Source of the DNA: Massalongia carnosa
Lineage: Eukaryota
DNA: 64,000 nt
Direction of reading: 5' to 3'
Assembly: GCA_965645245.1 (NCBI GenBank)
Contig: OZ287079.1
Coordinates: 558,001-622,000 of the forward strand
Both the position numbers and the translations under genes were made by a program. How positions within the stretch are numbered: the first letter of the stretch is position 1; every line of letters starts with the position of its first letter. Positions 47,223-60,383 of the stretch are shown one piece after another. Below the pieces are notes generated by a model that worked only from the letters and a program-made list of their open reading frames with translations, did not search any database and had not been told where the DNA came from.

Positions 47223-50200
47223 TTACAAAAAGTTGATTCCCCGTGTACAATGTAACAAATCCATGTCTGATTCTTTGTTACTGCTTGAACTTATGGTCGA
47301 CATAGTATGTGAGGATACTGGCTCATTGAGTGTACGATTGATATGAACAATGTAGATCTTATCTGGATCAACAAAGAATAACGGGATTATTCTATCCGTG
47401 TTTGTCAGTTGAAAGATGCTTAAATTTAGGACCTCGTCTTTATAGGAAGCGGTCTCTAGCAGTCGAATCCAAAGGAACACTCGCTGAATAACCTCAAATG
47501 GTAGACAGTGAGTATAAATTTGTCGAAGCTGAGCATATGTGCCAGAGCGGATTCGAAGAAAGTCGCCAATTTGCAATGAGAAACGTTTGCCGGTTGACCT
47601 GACAGTAAAGGAGCATTGTTCATACCAGTACAAAGGCGTGTTTCCCCATTGGACGCAGTTAAGGCCATACTCGATCATAGCAGTCTGCATCAGTTGCCTA
47701 AATCGGAGCTCTGTAGAGTTGGTTATTCTGATAGGAAGACCTTGATTTTGTGCATAGGAAGGTTTGAGCTTTCCCCGCACTGCAGGTTTTAGATATGAGG
47801 GAGATTCTAATAGACAAGTATTTGGCGACTCCTGATCGTCTGTTTGTGAGCGATCCCCGTGGAATAATAGACTCTCAAGAAGAGCCGGGCAGTTCCGCTT
47901 CAAACGAATCATTTGCAGAGTGATCTCCGGATCGGTATGACGAAACGAGCCATTCAAAAGAGCGACAACAGTGAAGAGGATAGCGGCTTTCACTAAAAGC
48001 TGTCGCTCTGGCTTTCGATGATTTGTTGACAATACAGCTTGCTTAAAAAAGCGATGTTTGTCTTCTCCAAAGAGTACATTAACGTTCCACAGAACACCAT
48101 ACTCCTGCATGACTCTTTCGAAATGCATACCGATATGAAAGTTTGGCAGCTTATTGGCCTCGCCATTCCGAGCAGTCATTGATGCAGAAAGTCCCATGTT
48201 GGTATCTGATGCAAGATTATCAACGGACGCCTCTTCAAATGGAGTGTCCGTGTCACCATCAAGGAAGTTTATGGATGTTTCAGAAATCGATGCTCGTCTA
48301 GAACTGGAAGACAACTCTTCAGTGACAAAATCTCTTTTCTCGTTGTCTTTCTTCTTTCCTTGTCCTTTTGGATTTTGTGCTGCATTCATCAGACCTAAAA
48401 AATATTGTCGAGCATTGATGATTTGACTGTGAAATTCTTGACGATCTTTAAGGGATAACTCGAAAGACGAGATTAACGTGTTACTCCATGCGAGTTTCCC
48501 AAAGCAAAACACTATCAAATCTTCATCTGAAGCGCAATGGCGACATTCTTTAGGAAACTGGATTTTTAATCCATTTCGAAAAGGCTGTCGTACATGATGG
48601 TTTCTTAACCAACAGCGAAGAAATAGACGTATTACGACTGAGGCACGAGCGCATTCGCTCATACTCCATGAGGCCATATGTATAGCCGGAGACTGTATTC
48701 GACCCCAGCCAGGTGGAAACGGAAAACAGTGCAAGGCAGCTGTAAACTCTTCAGCAGCCCGTTTCGTGAGTATTTTCGTGTAAAGAAGAGGGTACAATCT
48801 TCGTACCAGCCCGTAATACTCGCTATGAGCCGGATCCGGTGGACAACTCATGATAAGATCAAGCGCCGGGGTTAATGTCTGAAGCGCAGAAGATTCGGAT
48901 TTGAGCCCATTTCATGTAAGATATGCCAGTCTCTTTGCCTTTCCTTTTATTGCTAGGCTTTTTTTTCGTATAGCCAACACCTCATGATGATAACGACCAT
49001 GAAGTAGAATATCCCGCTGCAAATCTCCTCGATTATGAAGGCCCGCATCACAAAAGCGACAACAATAGTTGGCACGAGGCCCAAGAAGTCCTCCGGAGGC
49101 TTGCTGCTGCTTCATATCACCAAGATATGCTAGAATCGGGGCCCAAGCCGCTTGTTTCTGTCCATTGATTTCAAGAATGCAACCACGATCCATGTTTCCC
49201 AAACTGGTATGAAGACAGTTCATCACATCGTTAAACTCGGATCCGTGCGGGCCAAGAGCAATGGTGTAAGCATTAAAACTCTTTTGACGTTCCGAGGCGG
49301 GCAAGCCTGCTGGCATGGCATAAAAACCTGTGATGGAACGATACATGTTTCGATATAACCCGAAATCGTCGATGAAAATGACTAGAGGATATGACTGAAC
49401 TCCTTTAATTAGCTATAAGATTAGGTACTCTCGACCAAAGACCTCCAATTCTAATTACGCTCGAATCGGTGATGAAATATTGATTGATCTAAGATCTCCT
49501 CGCGTGACGTTGAATATCTGACGAATTAAGACAGGCGTTGTTGACCGTAACTGATCATCCCTACAAACAGCAATATCGAAACGGCGAGCTAGAACATGCT
49601 CGGATAAGACATCTTGATCCGCGTCTTCTATCAAAAGCAACTGATCTTCGGGCTAGTCAAACGTGACTAGAACTGAATATTCGTCGACGTTCTTTCTACT
49701 TATCAAAGGACGAACCCTGACAAGAGTTTGACCTAGGGTCAGAGATCGCGATCTTTGATCACGTCCAAAAAATATGACCTGTCCGCAGTGACTATCATGA
49801 ATAATTCCACGTTTATCATTGCCACAGCGATACTGCACAATGTCAGAGGGGAAAATAGGGGATGAATCGGGAAATCTCGCAAAATCATTGGAGCATGTGC
49901 GAATAGAAGAACCCCAGCTGTTTGAGTGCCAGTATTCTGAAGGACTATCAACGATCTCTGCCATACCGATATGAATGTTTCGTTGAGTAGTGGCTGAAAG
50001 TAAGATACTGATGACAGTTCGAGTATCAAAGTAATAGACGTTCGCTTGAGCCGGTCTTGGTGTTCCGGTGGGTTGTTTTTCTCGTCGTACTGATATCGCT
50101 GCCTTCTGAATGGATGGAAGGGGAAGGCGCTTACGGCACCAGGAGTGCAAAGTTGATAGTCGCTTTGGCAAATTTCGCACTTCATGAATGTCTAACAGTT

Positions 50201-51043
50201 GCAAAACTTCGAGTAGGCCATCATAGGTGCGTCGCATGATGCCTTCTTTATCACACCAGAGACCAAGAGCCAAGCAGAAATCCGATATTTCTCCTCGTAC
50301 TGGGCGGGGGGGCACCCGGATATCATCATCAATCGTGCTTTCAGAAGCAGAAGGGGCAAACTCGTTGAAAGACTCAGCGGTGTCTGTGCTTTCTATATCA
50401 AATTCCGTGAGTTGATTGGATGATAATGTCATGATAGCATTTGAAGAAATTAAGCCGACAGCAAAGGCCGATGTATCAGCGATTGAAGTAGGTCGAGTAT
50501 TAACCTTTTGAAACTCTTCATCAGTTTCCCGCTCATAATCACTATTTTAATCGAATGCCGTCTCTATATCGGCTGGGAAATTGTCTTAAACGTGTTGTTC
50601 AGGTACTTGATTGGACGATGATTGAATTTTATCGAGATTCTCTATGGTTCTCTTCTTATGCGTCATTGCTATTGGTTCTGAGCTCTGAGTCTGCTCTTGC
50701 TCCTCATGAATATGTGCAGAATTGTGTTGATATGAAGAACCGGCTTGCATAGACTCATGATCGGGGAAGTCTATCGGTTGACTTTTGAAAGGCTGTGGGT
50801 TGACCTGTGGGACACTGCTTTGAACAGTGGATGCTGAAACAATCAATGCCTTTTCCACAAGAGGAGGACCCTGGAAACTTAATTCATCAAGGTCCAGTTT
50901 ATTCAGACTGATATGAAGAAGGCTTACTGCTGAGATGATTGAAGTAGTGTCAATGGTTTAGGCTTTCTTCTCTTCCGCAAAACATGACCTTCATCGATCA
51001 TCATATTCTCCGTCACATCATCCTGAAATACACGACGAGGCAT
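47223..51043 (-). pseudogene. CACTA/Plavaka/Transib-like (CCHH-type) DDE transposase, >1200 codons, mostly one frame with premature stops
   Basis: FIDDFG (D), GDMKQ (D), CCRFCD (CxxC), DPAH (DxxH), NFHIGMH (H..H) and GEDKH (E). ORFs 50586..50858, 49653..50432, 49455..49640, 48912..49346 and 47223..48851 share a frame. Start approximate. Confidence 0.8.
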
Positions 51044-51216
51044 CGTGTCTTATGACTGAGTTCAAGTCTGTGCGCAGGTGAGGTATTCTCATGAAGAACT
51101 GCTTGTGCGTTGATATTTTAGTTCTTAGGGCTTTAGCACACTGTTTCAGAACATTACCATTCTTCAGGCTTTCTTCCGATTGCACTATCGTTCATGCTGA
51201 TATCACAAATACAATC

Positions 51217-52135
51217 ATGAATATCTCATCCTCAAATGAAGAGGTCCTTGAACCTATGACACAATCCGAGATAGAATCAGGGCCAATAGCGGCAGAAATA
51301 TCAACAAAAAAGAGGCGGAGAAGACACGCCATTACGTCGGAATGGAAAATAATAGCGATGCGATTGGAGGCTGCTTTGCGGCCATTTGCGCTTCGTTATG
51401 GCAAGTTGGACGCAGATCAGATAGCGCATATCGCACGTACTGCAATCAAGGAAAATGTGGATGACGAAGATATATATTTCAGGAAAGGACTCACCAAAGC
51501 GCAGTCCAACGTTTCAACGTGGAAACATCGCTCTCTGACCTGTATGGAAGTATGTAGCTTGCTATTAGCGTTTATACTCGACTTCTGAATTTTGTTAGGA
51601 CTATGTGAAGTCTGCGATGAGGAGAGACAACTTAGGGCTGCTGGAATCCGAGCATGACTCGAGCAGGTTATTCAAAGCTTTTGCACAGCAATACGATCCT
51701 CACGATGCTGAAACTGTTTTTCCATGGGCTGCAAAAGATTTGATGTTTCATGAGTCTTCAAAAAGGGCGTAATGCCTCGAGGACCCTATTGGATTAAAGG
51801 TACGTGACAAGGCATGGGAGAACTGATGATATTAACATACTGATATGAAAAAAGTGTTTTTTCTTAATTTAGCGGTGAAGACGAAGTTGTTCTTGGATGC
51901 CCCCAGAGCAGAAGGGACAGATCGAACCTCCCTGCTAGAGTTCTATGATACGTTTCCCCAAATGGCGAAATACCAAAACATCAAGCCACACCATTTCAAA
52001 TTGAAACCAGCTCGGACAAAACGTCTGAGAAAGGAATCATCAGACAAACCAGAGACGGAGGAATTTGGTACCATCATGGATGAGATGGAGGTCACCGAGG
52101 CCGAGAACGAAGACGAGGATCAGTTTAGCTCGTGA
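51217..52135 (+). pseudogene. Orphan accessory gene of the large element, divergent from the transposase
   Basis: Coding-like exons (KKRRRRH basic patch, acidic tail), intron ~51551-51598, disruption near 51770. Confidence 0.5.
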
Positions 52136-52551
52136 ACGCTTTGCTTTTTTTGTACTGGTATGAAGAAAAGATGTTTTGCTTGAAGTTGTTGGTGCAATCC
52201 TATTTAGCTTCTCATAGCTTGACCGAAGAAAATGTTTTGCTTGCACTTGACTCTAACACAAACTGAAACTTGAAATCTTGTCAACCAAATATCACACTGT
52301 TTCAAAGCACTCCTGAATCAAAAGAATCTTGAGCTAATCTGATGAAATTCTTCAAACGAAGATCGTCCTGAGATGATGTTGTTAGAAACATGCATTCCAC
52401 GTCATAAGATATCTTACATATAACAAAGTCACGAGATTGTCTTGAAAACAAAATATCTGAACACTATTTGCTTTCTTGACTGACGTAATCACTATGTAGA
52501 TAGACTAAGACAAGAACGTTCTAGTGGATAATATCTTGAGACCATCTCAAG

Positions 52552-54881
52552 TAGGGCTCTGAAATGAAACTTTCATGAAATTTTGCCTAACCCGATCGGG
52601 ATGAAAGTTTCACTGCGACTTTCACGAGTGAAATTTTCATGGATGTTTTGCAGGGGGGAAGGCAGGGGGGAGGGGGAGTGCGGGGAAAGCGGAAAATAGG
52701 AACGAGGACATGCCAACTTGAAGATACTTGATTTAGCTATTAATCTTCATACAATCTCAAGTATCTCTGAGCCTGACCGCATCTCCCTCTATCGCTTGAC
52801 TTGCTGGTCGTTTCAACGATTTTACTGTCGCTGTTTCTTGCAGAGAGATTTCTTCCTGCAACAATCTGTCTTCCATCTCACATAGATCGTCTTCTTCTAT
52901 GTCAATGCCTGCGAATTGTAGCTTCCTTTTGATTTCTTTCGGTCGGTTAAGAGTTCTTTCATTCAGATAAATAAACATCAGCTTATCCACTTTGATCGAT
53001 GCCATGGAATTTCGAGTCTTGTTCATGATCAAATTCATGACCGACCAACTTCTTTCTGCCAGCACTGAATTGCCAGGAAGCATCATTACCTTTCTGGCCA
53101 GCTTGCTATGAATCAATGCAAAATGTTTGCAAAAATTCCAAAACAGCTCCGGTGTCATCTGATAAGTCCAACATTCTGAGTTTGCATGAAATCCATCTTC
53201 CTGATCTCGAAAAGCAAGCCATTGTCTCATGGCAACGATGCTATCTTCAGCACTCAGATATCGAGTAAAGAATCTATGCATGATCGATGAAAAAGCATGT
53301 TCTGTAGTAACTCCGACCACCTTTATCGTACGATTTTGCGGAAGCAGAAGAGATGCAACCACATGAAGCTCTGTTATTTGACTGAGATATCTATCTTCCC
53401 AAACGACGTGAGCAATGTGATATAGATCCGCCTCACTGTCGCTTTCTTCTTCGGCCATCGAGTACAGATGAGAGCGAATGATATTCCAGTTATTTGTTAC
53501 GGTGTATAGCTTATATCCCTCGGCTTCGGACATGTACTGAAGTTTATGAATGGGATTCAGTATCTTTTTGACCATGGTCAGTTTCTTCCAAAAGGAATAA
53601 TCGTTGACGAAACTTCCCAAAGGTTTATTTCTTCCCTGATCTATGCCTGGATTCTTCTGCTGAAAATAATCCAACAAGGCCTGTTAATTATTCAGTACTG
53701 AATTTAAAAGACCAACCGTCGTACCCCATCTGGTGAGAACGTTGAGAACCAAGGAACGACGCTGTTTGTATGCCTTCATTTGGTATTTCCATAAACTGGC
53801 TAATTCCTTATTTGATCCGCGAAAATTGATGACGATCAACTGAGCCTTTTCTATAACATCTGAAAAATAAGGAAATTTCAAAATGTCTCCTAACAATAGC
53901 TGCAAACCATGACTATCGCAAGGTACGAAGAAAACATGCTTCATCACTGCACTTTTCGAAATTTCCGTCCACATGGCTTTCATTGTAGAGCACGTGTCGG
54001 TGCAGATACAATTAACCCTTTCAAGCTGATTGTTGGTAGCCTCCCTACATCCATTTATCACCCATTCAGCTTGTACGACTGCCGTCATTTTTTCCGCCAC
54101 TCCGACATCAGCTTTTAGCTGAAATCCTCCGCCACTAGAAGTGACAGATGTGGGAACGTGACAGCAGAGATTTATTACTCGCTCTTTTCGAATGTTGGCT
54201 GTCTCGTCGGTAAAAAAGCTGAGATGATTGCAAGCATTCAATTCTTGATTTATTTTGAATTTAACTGTTTCATAGGCTTCATCCAACAATCGTCCAGCCA
54301 TCAGTCTGGCATGAGGGGGCTTGTATCCAGGAGAAAGAGCTTGAAATGCCGCAATAACATAGGGATTCTCGAAGTGGTTGAAGGGAAGATTTGTCATATA
54401 AACAGACAGCGCCGCCTTGCGATGAGCATGAGCAATTTGACTCTTGCTAAGGGGACGAATCATGGTGGTAATGGGCAGTTGGATTGATCTAGAACTGAAC
54501 GAGGCATCTTCCTTCTTTGTTATCTTCTGTTTGTAGGCATCACATTGATCTAAATGTGATAGTCCTCTTACAGCATTCTTGGTAGTCTGATGACCACAAT
54601 GAATGCATTGATGCTGAGGTTTTTTCAATCCCATGGTGATCACGTCTTTGAAATTCTCCTCAATTAGAGAATTTTTCTTTCTTCCACCGCGTTGAGCCAT
54701 GAGTATAAAATAGGAAGATACCTTTAAATGTATGAGAGTGACTATCAAAAAGAGGTATCGATCTATCTACAAGATATGTATATGTGCTTAGTAATAAATT
54801 TCGAAAATTTCATGCTTGGCGCGCACACGTGATGAAATTTTCGTGCGACCTTGTCAAAATTTCGAAATTTTCAGAGCCCTA
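52552..54881 (-). mobile_element. Complete hAT transposon (2330 bp) with 8-bp TSD ATCTCAAG
   Basis: TIR TAGGGCTCTGAAA...TTTCAGAGCCCTA; ATCTCAAG at 52544-52551 and 54882-54889; gaaattttc subterminal repeats. Confidence 0.95.
52757..54700 (-). pseudogene. hAT transposase (BED finger, DUF659-like core, dimerisation domain), single premature stop at 53684
   Basis: CIHC...HLDQC, FFTDET, CTDTCSTM, CDSHGLQL, TRWGT and AERSWS motifs; the two ORFs are in the same frame. Confidence 0.92.
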
Positions 54882-54916
54882 ATCTCAAGACCATGTCCGA
54901 ATACCCCCAACCGCCC

Positions 54917-55885
54917 TTAAGGTATTATACCCAATATTAGCCGACCCGAGCGCAATAACTTTGCACCATCGTGAATTTTACCTTCTGTTTCACCTTCAAC
55001 CTCATCGTCGCCCCCAGCACGCAATCTATTATATCTAAGCCTCCTCCCTTGTTCAATAGAGTCCCTTCGCCTAGTACGTCGCTGTTCAGTTTCTCTAGCC
55101 TCAGCTGCCTCGCGACCAGTGTAGGCACGTCGACGACTCCCTCCTTTCTTATACATGAGGTTTTCTTTGGGCCGAATTTCGTCGGGGAATATGGTGGGGA
55201 TGAGAGGTCTTACCAGCTCCTTCTTTTGCCATTTGTTATTGAACTTTTCAACGATGTGAGCATGCTGGCGAGCGTACTCCTCCCTTCGATGAGAATCTTC
55301 TATTGATTGATGCAGGTCAATAGATTGATATGCCACAGAATGTAGCAAATCAAGGCCCCCGCGGCGAAATCTATCCTCACTCAACACGCCTTCTTCGAGC
55401 TCGACCTCATCCTTATCCGCCTCAATCTCTCCCGTCCCTTCGACCTCATCGACGATCTTTTCGACCTCGGGCTCCGAGCCGCGAGCGAAATCGAAGGTCA
55501 TTTGCCAAGAGACCGCATAAGGTGGGCCATCAAAAAACCAGCGGGGATGGATGAGGGAAACGGGAATAGGGACCGAGTCGATGCATTTATATAACCAGCA
55601 TTTGCATGGGAGACCGTACCTTAAAGGCAACTCACAATCATAAACACAGCTTCCACCATCAGGGACAGTAGAAAGGATTCGTTCAGCTAATGATTTGGAG
55701 GCATCGAGTTCTCTTGAAACGAGGCCAGTGGCATGATGCGTAATTTTCCCAATGAGTAACGTAAAAGCATTTCTATCGATCAATCTAGGATTGCGTATTC
55801 GCTGTTGATTGCACAAAATCTCCTGATCTAATTGTTTTTTCCGCACCTCATCACATATTTTCTGCACCGATTGTCTTATAGGCAA
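54917..55885 (-). mobile_element. C-terminal fragment of a MULE transposase (SWIM region)
   Basis: CVYDCELPLRYGLPCKCWL...IHPRW motif; catalytic core absent; (GTGAGG)n at 55899-55930. Confidence 0.7.
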
Positions 55886-55897
55886 GGGCAAATGGTA

Positions 55898-55930
<33 letters not shown>

Positions 55931-56037
55931 ATGCTTTATCAGACCGAGTAGGGTAATTATTAGTAGCAATAACACGTCATACGATTTAAACCGAAAAGAG
56001 TTTAATGTGCTGTTGGCAGTTGCATTACTAGCTTGTA

Positions 56038-58579
56038 CGCACCCTGGATAAGCAGTGAAATGGCTGTTTACTAGCAAAGATATACACAGGGGGGGGGGAC
56101 TGTCCCTAAGCACCTCGAATTACTTATATCAAATTTTTTACATTTCTCCCTCTTCTATCTGCATTATCAACTCAATTAATTCATTATGAACTCAGCAGAC
56201 GAACTGCCCAAAGAGGAGCGCATTCAGCTTGCTATTGCTGCTTATAGAGAGTCATTTAATGACTGGGAAGCCGGTCCCAAAGCTTTCGAAGACAAGCCAT
56301 CCGTTCGAAAAATCGCCCGTCAACATGGTCTCGTTCATTCCACCCTTACTAGACGACTTGCAGAAACGAAAACTCATAAAGAAGCTGCTCTATTGCAGCA
56401 GCGATTACTTCCGGAGGAGGAATCAGCTCTCGTGGACTGGACAATACAAATGGAGGCATGGGGCTGGCCTCCTCGTGTAACACAGCTTCGCTTTATGGCG
56501 TTAGAAATGCGGATAAAGCGAGACGATCGCAATGATTTGGGTATCAATTGCGTGAGCAAATTTTTATCCCGTCATAAAGAGTTGGATACTGTGTTTTGTC
56601 AGGCATTGGACAAGGAAAGAGCTTTAATGCATAATGCGGAAATGCTCAATCAATGGTTTCAGCTGTACGCAAAGAATTTTAATCAATATAAATTCAATGA
56701 GGAGGACTGCTACAATTTGCATGAAAAAGGATTTGCTATGGGACTAGAGTAGTGGGCAAGCTCAGAGTAATTTGCTCTAAGCATGATCGACCAGCATTAT
56801 TGACTCAATGCGGTAATAGAGAATGGGTTTCTCTGATCGAATGTGTATCTGCTGATGGAGCGGCTCTTAAACCATGGGTTGTTTTCAAAGGTAAACAATA
56901 GCAAAAGGCCTGGCGTTCATTTACCAAAGAAGGTGGTCACATTGCTCTCAGTGAGAATGGATGGACAAACAATGAAATCGGTCTGGATTGGTTAAAGCAG
57001 TGTTTTGAACCGGAAACACGAAGCCGTTTAAAAGGTCGCTATCGTCTTCTTATTCTCGATGGACATGCTTCTCATCTTCCTTCAGAAGAGATTCAGTTTT
57101 GTAAAGGAAAAAGACATCATTCTTTTATGTCTTCCTTCTCATTCAACGGACATGCTTCAGCCTTTAGACGTTGGTGTTTTTCATCCATTGTCTACGGCCT
57201 ATCGGGTGGAACTGGAGAAGTATACTAGACTGGGAGTTGGTTATTCAATTGATAAATCAGACTTTCTGCTTCTTTATCAAAAGGCTCGAAACAGAGCTTT
57301 ATCCACTCAAAATATTCAGCATGCCTGGTCCAAAAGTGGGTTGTTTCCATTCAATCCTGCTATAGTTCTTCAAAAACTTCCTAGTCCACCTCATCCTTCT
57401 ACGCCTCCGAAAATGATAGTCACGAGTTCAAATGATGTCTCTGTTTCAGTGGCATTTACTCCAGCAAATGCTGATCAAGTCAATAATTTGATGGAGCAAT
57501 TGACTGACAATGACTCAAATCAATTGATTCTCGAGAAGCTTGGAAAGGCCTGCAAATCCGCGTTGGCAAGCAGTCATCTTCTCAGGATTACAAACGAAGA
57601 ACTTCTTGTAGCTGCTCGTCGTAAACACGAGAGAGCAAATCGAGCGAAGGGACATTATGGTACTGCTAGAATCATGAATTCGGAGGTTCTTGAGGAACGA
57701 GAGCAAAAACTAGCTAGCAAAGAAAAGGAAAAGATTGATAAACAAATTACCAAAGAGTTCAATCTTTTGGTGAAATCTTTCAACAAACTCAGTCCCGATT
57801 TATTCATGGAGTCAAAACAACGCAGTCCCATCAAGAAAGCTCTTCAAAGGCCTCCGATGCTTCCTCCGCCTTCGGATTCAATCATACTTCTCTCGCCCAG
57901 TCCTATCAAGAAGCTATCGAGAGGAACTTCATTGCCAAAAAAGACTTTCATGATTGAGCCGGAGGCGAATAGAATGAAAGAAATGCGCATCAGTAGAAGT
58001 GGTAGGACAATAAAGCCGTCGCAAAGGCTTGATTAAAGAACTAGAAACTCGCCTCGTACGCATGATCCTCCTCCTCCTAGCCAATAAAAATTCTCTGTAC
58101 GTATAAACAGTCCTTTCACATGTTCATTTGCCCTGAGTTTATCTGTCAAATGATGTTGAGGGGACTTCAGGACCCATCCTAAAAAAACTCCCTCCGATCC
58201 AACACAAGCAACGCCTTCTTGATCAACAGTATCGATTTTTCGAAGCTCAAACTGGAAGACCTCGTTGATTAGAGGACATTGACTGGTCAAGGGAAAGTTA
58301 TTAGGACAGTCTGCTGCTGTCAGACAGCTGGAAAGTGGGGTGGAAAAGGAGGGGGAGTGAAAAGATGAGGTTTAAACGTACATACAAAACTCAATTCCAG
58401 TTCTTTTGATGCAGCCATTGGGTTATATTTAAGGTCAAATCTTCAGATTATTCCGAACCAACTTCATCAGTTGGCTTGCAATTACTAGCAATTTGGGTGG
58501 CATGCGAAGCTGAAAGGTAAAGGTTTTTCGGATTCTGGTGGGGTGCTTACTAACTAGCGTGTTGCAAATGGGGGTGTGT
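56038..58579 (+). mobile_element. Fot1/pogo-like transposon relic (HTH_psq, CENP-B HTH, DDE_1), frameshifted
   Basis: RIQLAIAA..SVRKIAR, EESALVDW..GWPP, YNLHEKGF, GWTNNEIG, LILDGHASH and LPSHSTDMLQPLDVG motifs over 56186-58036; termini only approximately placed. Confidence 0.85.
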
Positions 58580-58989
58580 TGTGCCTGCGTGTTCCATCTA
58601 CGATTGCCCTAGGCGGTGCCGAGGTCGTGCTGAGTAGAATCGTGACAATATATTTCAAATGTTCAAGAATATCAACTGAAGTTAATCAAATACTGATCAA
58701 GATAGAAGAATCTTCGATTAGACATTACTCATCAAAGATGCCGTCTTCCAATTATTGGAGATACAATCATTGTATGAGTGGCGTCATCATTCATCTTCCC
58801 ATATCAGGCCTCCCAACTGATTCAGCTTGAGTAAGCACCGAACGGCTGAACTGTTAGGACAACCCTCTCGAACTAACGTAGGGCATCCCTCATCAGCCAC
58901 CAGAAAACCCGTATGAACACTACTTGAGGAAACACAGCCAAATCCATAACCAAATATATTCATGAAGCGAAGTAGGAAAGTCGTAGCAA

Positions 58990-60383
58990 TTAAACCCTAT
59001 TGGAAGCCAAGTTGACGTGTATCCCGCTTCCCTCCGGAGATGAGTTGGCGAGAAGACCATTACCTTCTAAAACAGTATTTTCTCTCTCTTCGCTTCCGTT
59101 CTTGTGGGTTTCAGTAACTTCAAACTCCGTTGTCTTGACAATTCCGTGATGGTTTTCTCTTTCGCGATATGGGAGAACGCTAAGGCCATCCTCATCGTCA
59201 TCACTGTTCCTCATTTTGTACCGGTAAGTTTTATGTCTCATCTCGTAGGTAGAGCTAGGAGCTTTGGAACCGCCGCGTATCTTAGTCACCACACAGAGGA
59301 AGAGCGGACGACATGCAGGAATAGAGGCAGCGACGATGCCTGTGTTTATTTCTGCTACACCCCAGATTGAGAGCGGAATAGCCGACCCTAATCAGAGAAG
59401 CTCGTTAGCGATACATGTACAGTCCAAAACTGTAGACGTTGACTTACAAGTACCATCTTTCGCATCCAGGGCTCCCAGATAGAATATCTTGACAACTGAG
59501 CAGATACCAGCGCTAAATCCGCAATGCCAAGTTAGAATTGGATCATGAAGAATTAGATGTGGTGAGCGAATTTTCTTGATTAAAAAGATGAAGGGCAAAT
59601 GGATTAACTAACAATATTCCAAGACACAGCAATATCCAGACAGAAATTTTGGCCTTGCGGCTTATCTTTAGATCCCACAGAATGAAAAAGGGCAGGATGG
59701 CGCAGACAAAATCAGTCATTGTGGTGATGGCTAAAATTTGCCGTTTAGCGACCTTATTCTCTTGAAGGTTCAACTATAGTAGACCTACCAGATGAGATAT
59801 ACGACACAAGGGTCAATGTTCGCTTCGGTAAACAGTGCCCGCCAACTGCCGGATTCCAGTTGTGGTTGATGGGTCTGCATTGCACGAGCTGTACAATAAC
59901 AGCTGTGGCAAGTGAACCGAAGACGAGTGCCAAATCGAGGTAGATAATTAATCGTATCCATCTATTGAGTTTTCCAATACGGAGAAGAAACAAGACGATG
60001 GAGAATTTGACAAAGAAGATCGTCAGATTGTACAGGATGCCGGACATAAAGCCCCACTTTCCCGTTAGAAACTTCTCATGATCACTCAAGGTGCTGTAGT
60101 GCCGGCCATAGCCATATCTAGTATCCACGATGTTCGAGGCTGCATATATGCTTGCAAACATCTAAGACTCCATATCAACCACCATCCAGAATATCTTCGT
60201 GGCAACGCTTCTTACCATGCCTACCACCATCATCGCATCGTCCCACCCTGTGCCCCGTTGCACGAAAAGTCTAGTATACAGTCGGAGCAGCACCACGATC
60301 GCAGAGATGACAGTCAAGACCACAATCAGCACCTCGAGATGTGGGCCCCGATTCTCATTCATCGTAAGCTGCGAAGCATCCAT
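58990..60383 (-). CDS. PTH11-like (fungal rhodopsin-domain) integral membrane protein, multi-exon
   Basis: LRLYTR..GWDD, GYGRH, FVKFSI..LLRI, QCRPI..NWNP and TDFVCAILP..LWDLKI motifs. Confidence 0.87.

Larger units (their letters stand above)
40744..54916 (-). mobile_element. Large TIR DNA transposon (~14.2 kb; ~11.8 kb without nested hAT) encoding a CCHH-type transposase, a SNF2 ATPase and an orphan gene
   Basis: Ends GGGCGGTTGGGGGTwTTCGGACATGGTC in inverted orientation, each flanked by TTAA; the TIR extends to ~46 bp (4 mismatches) once the hAT is removed. Confidence 0.87.
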
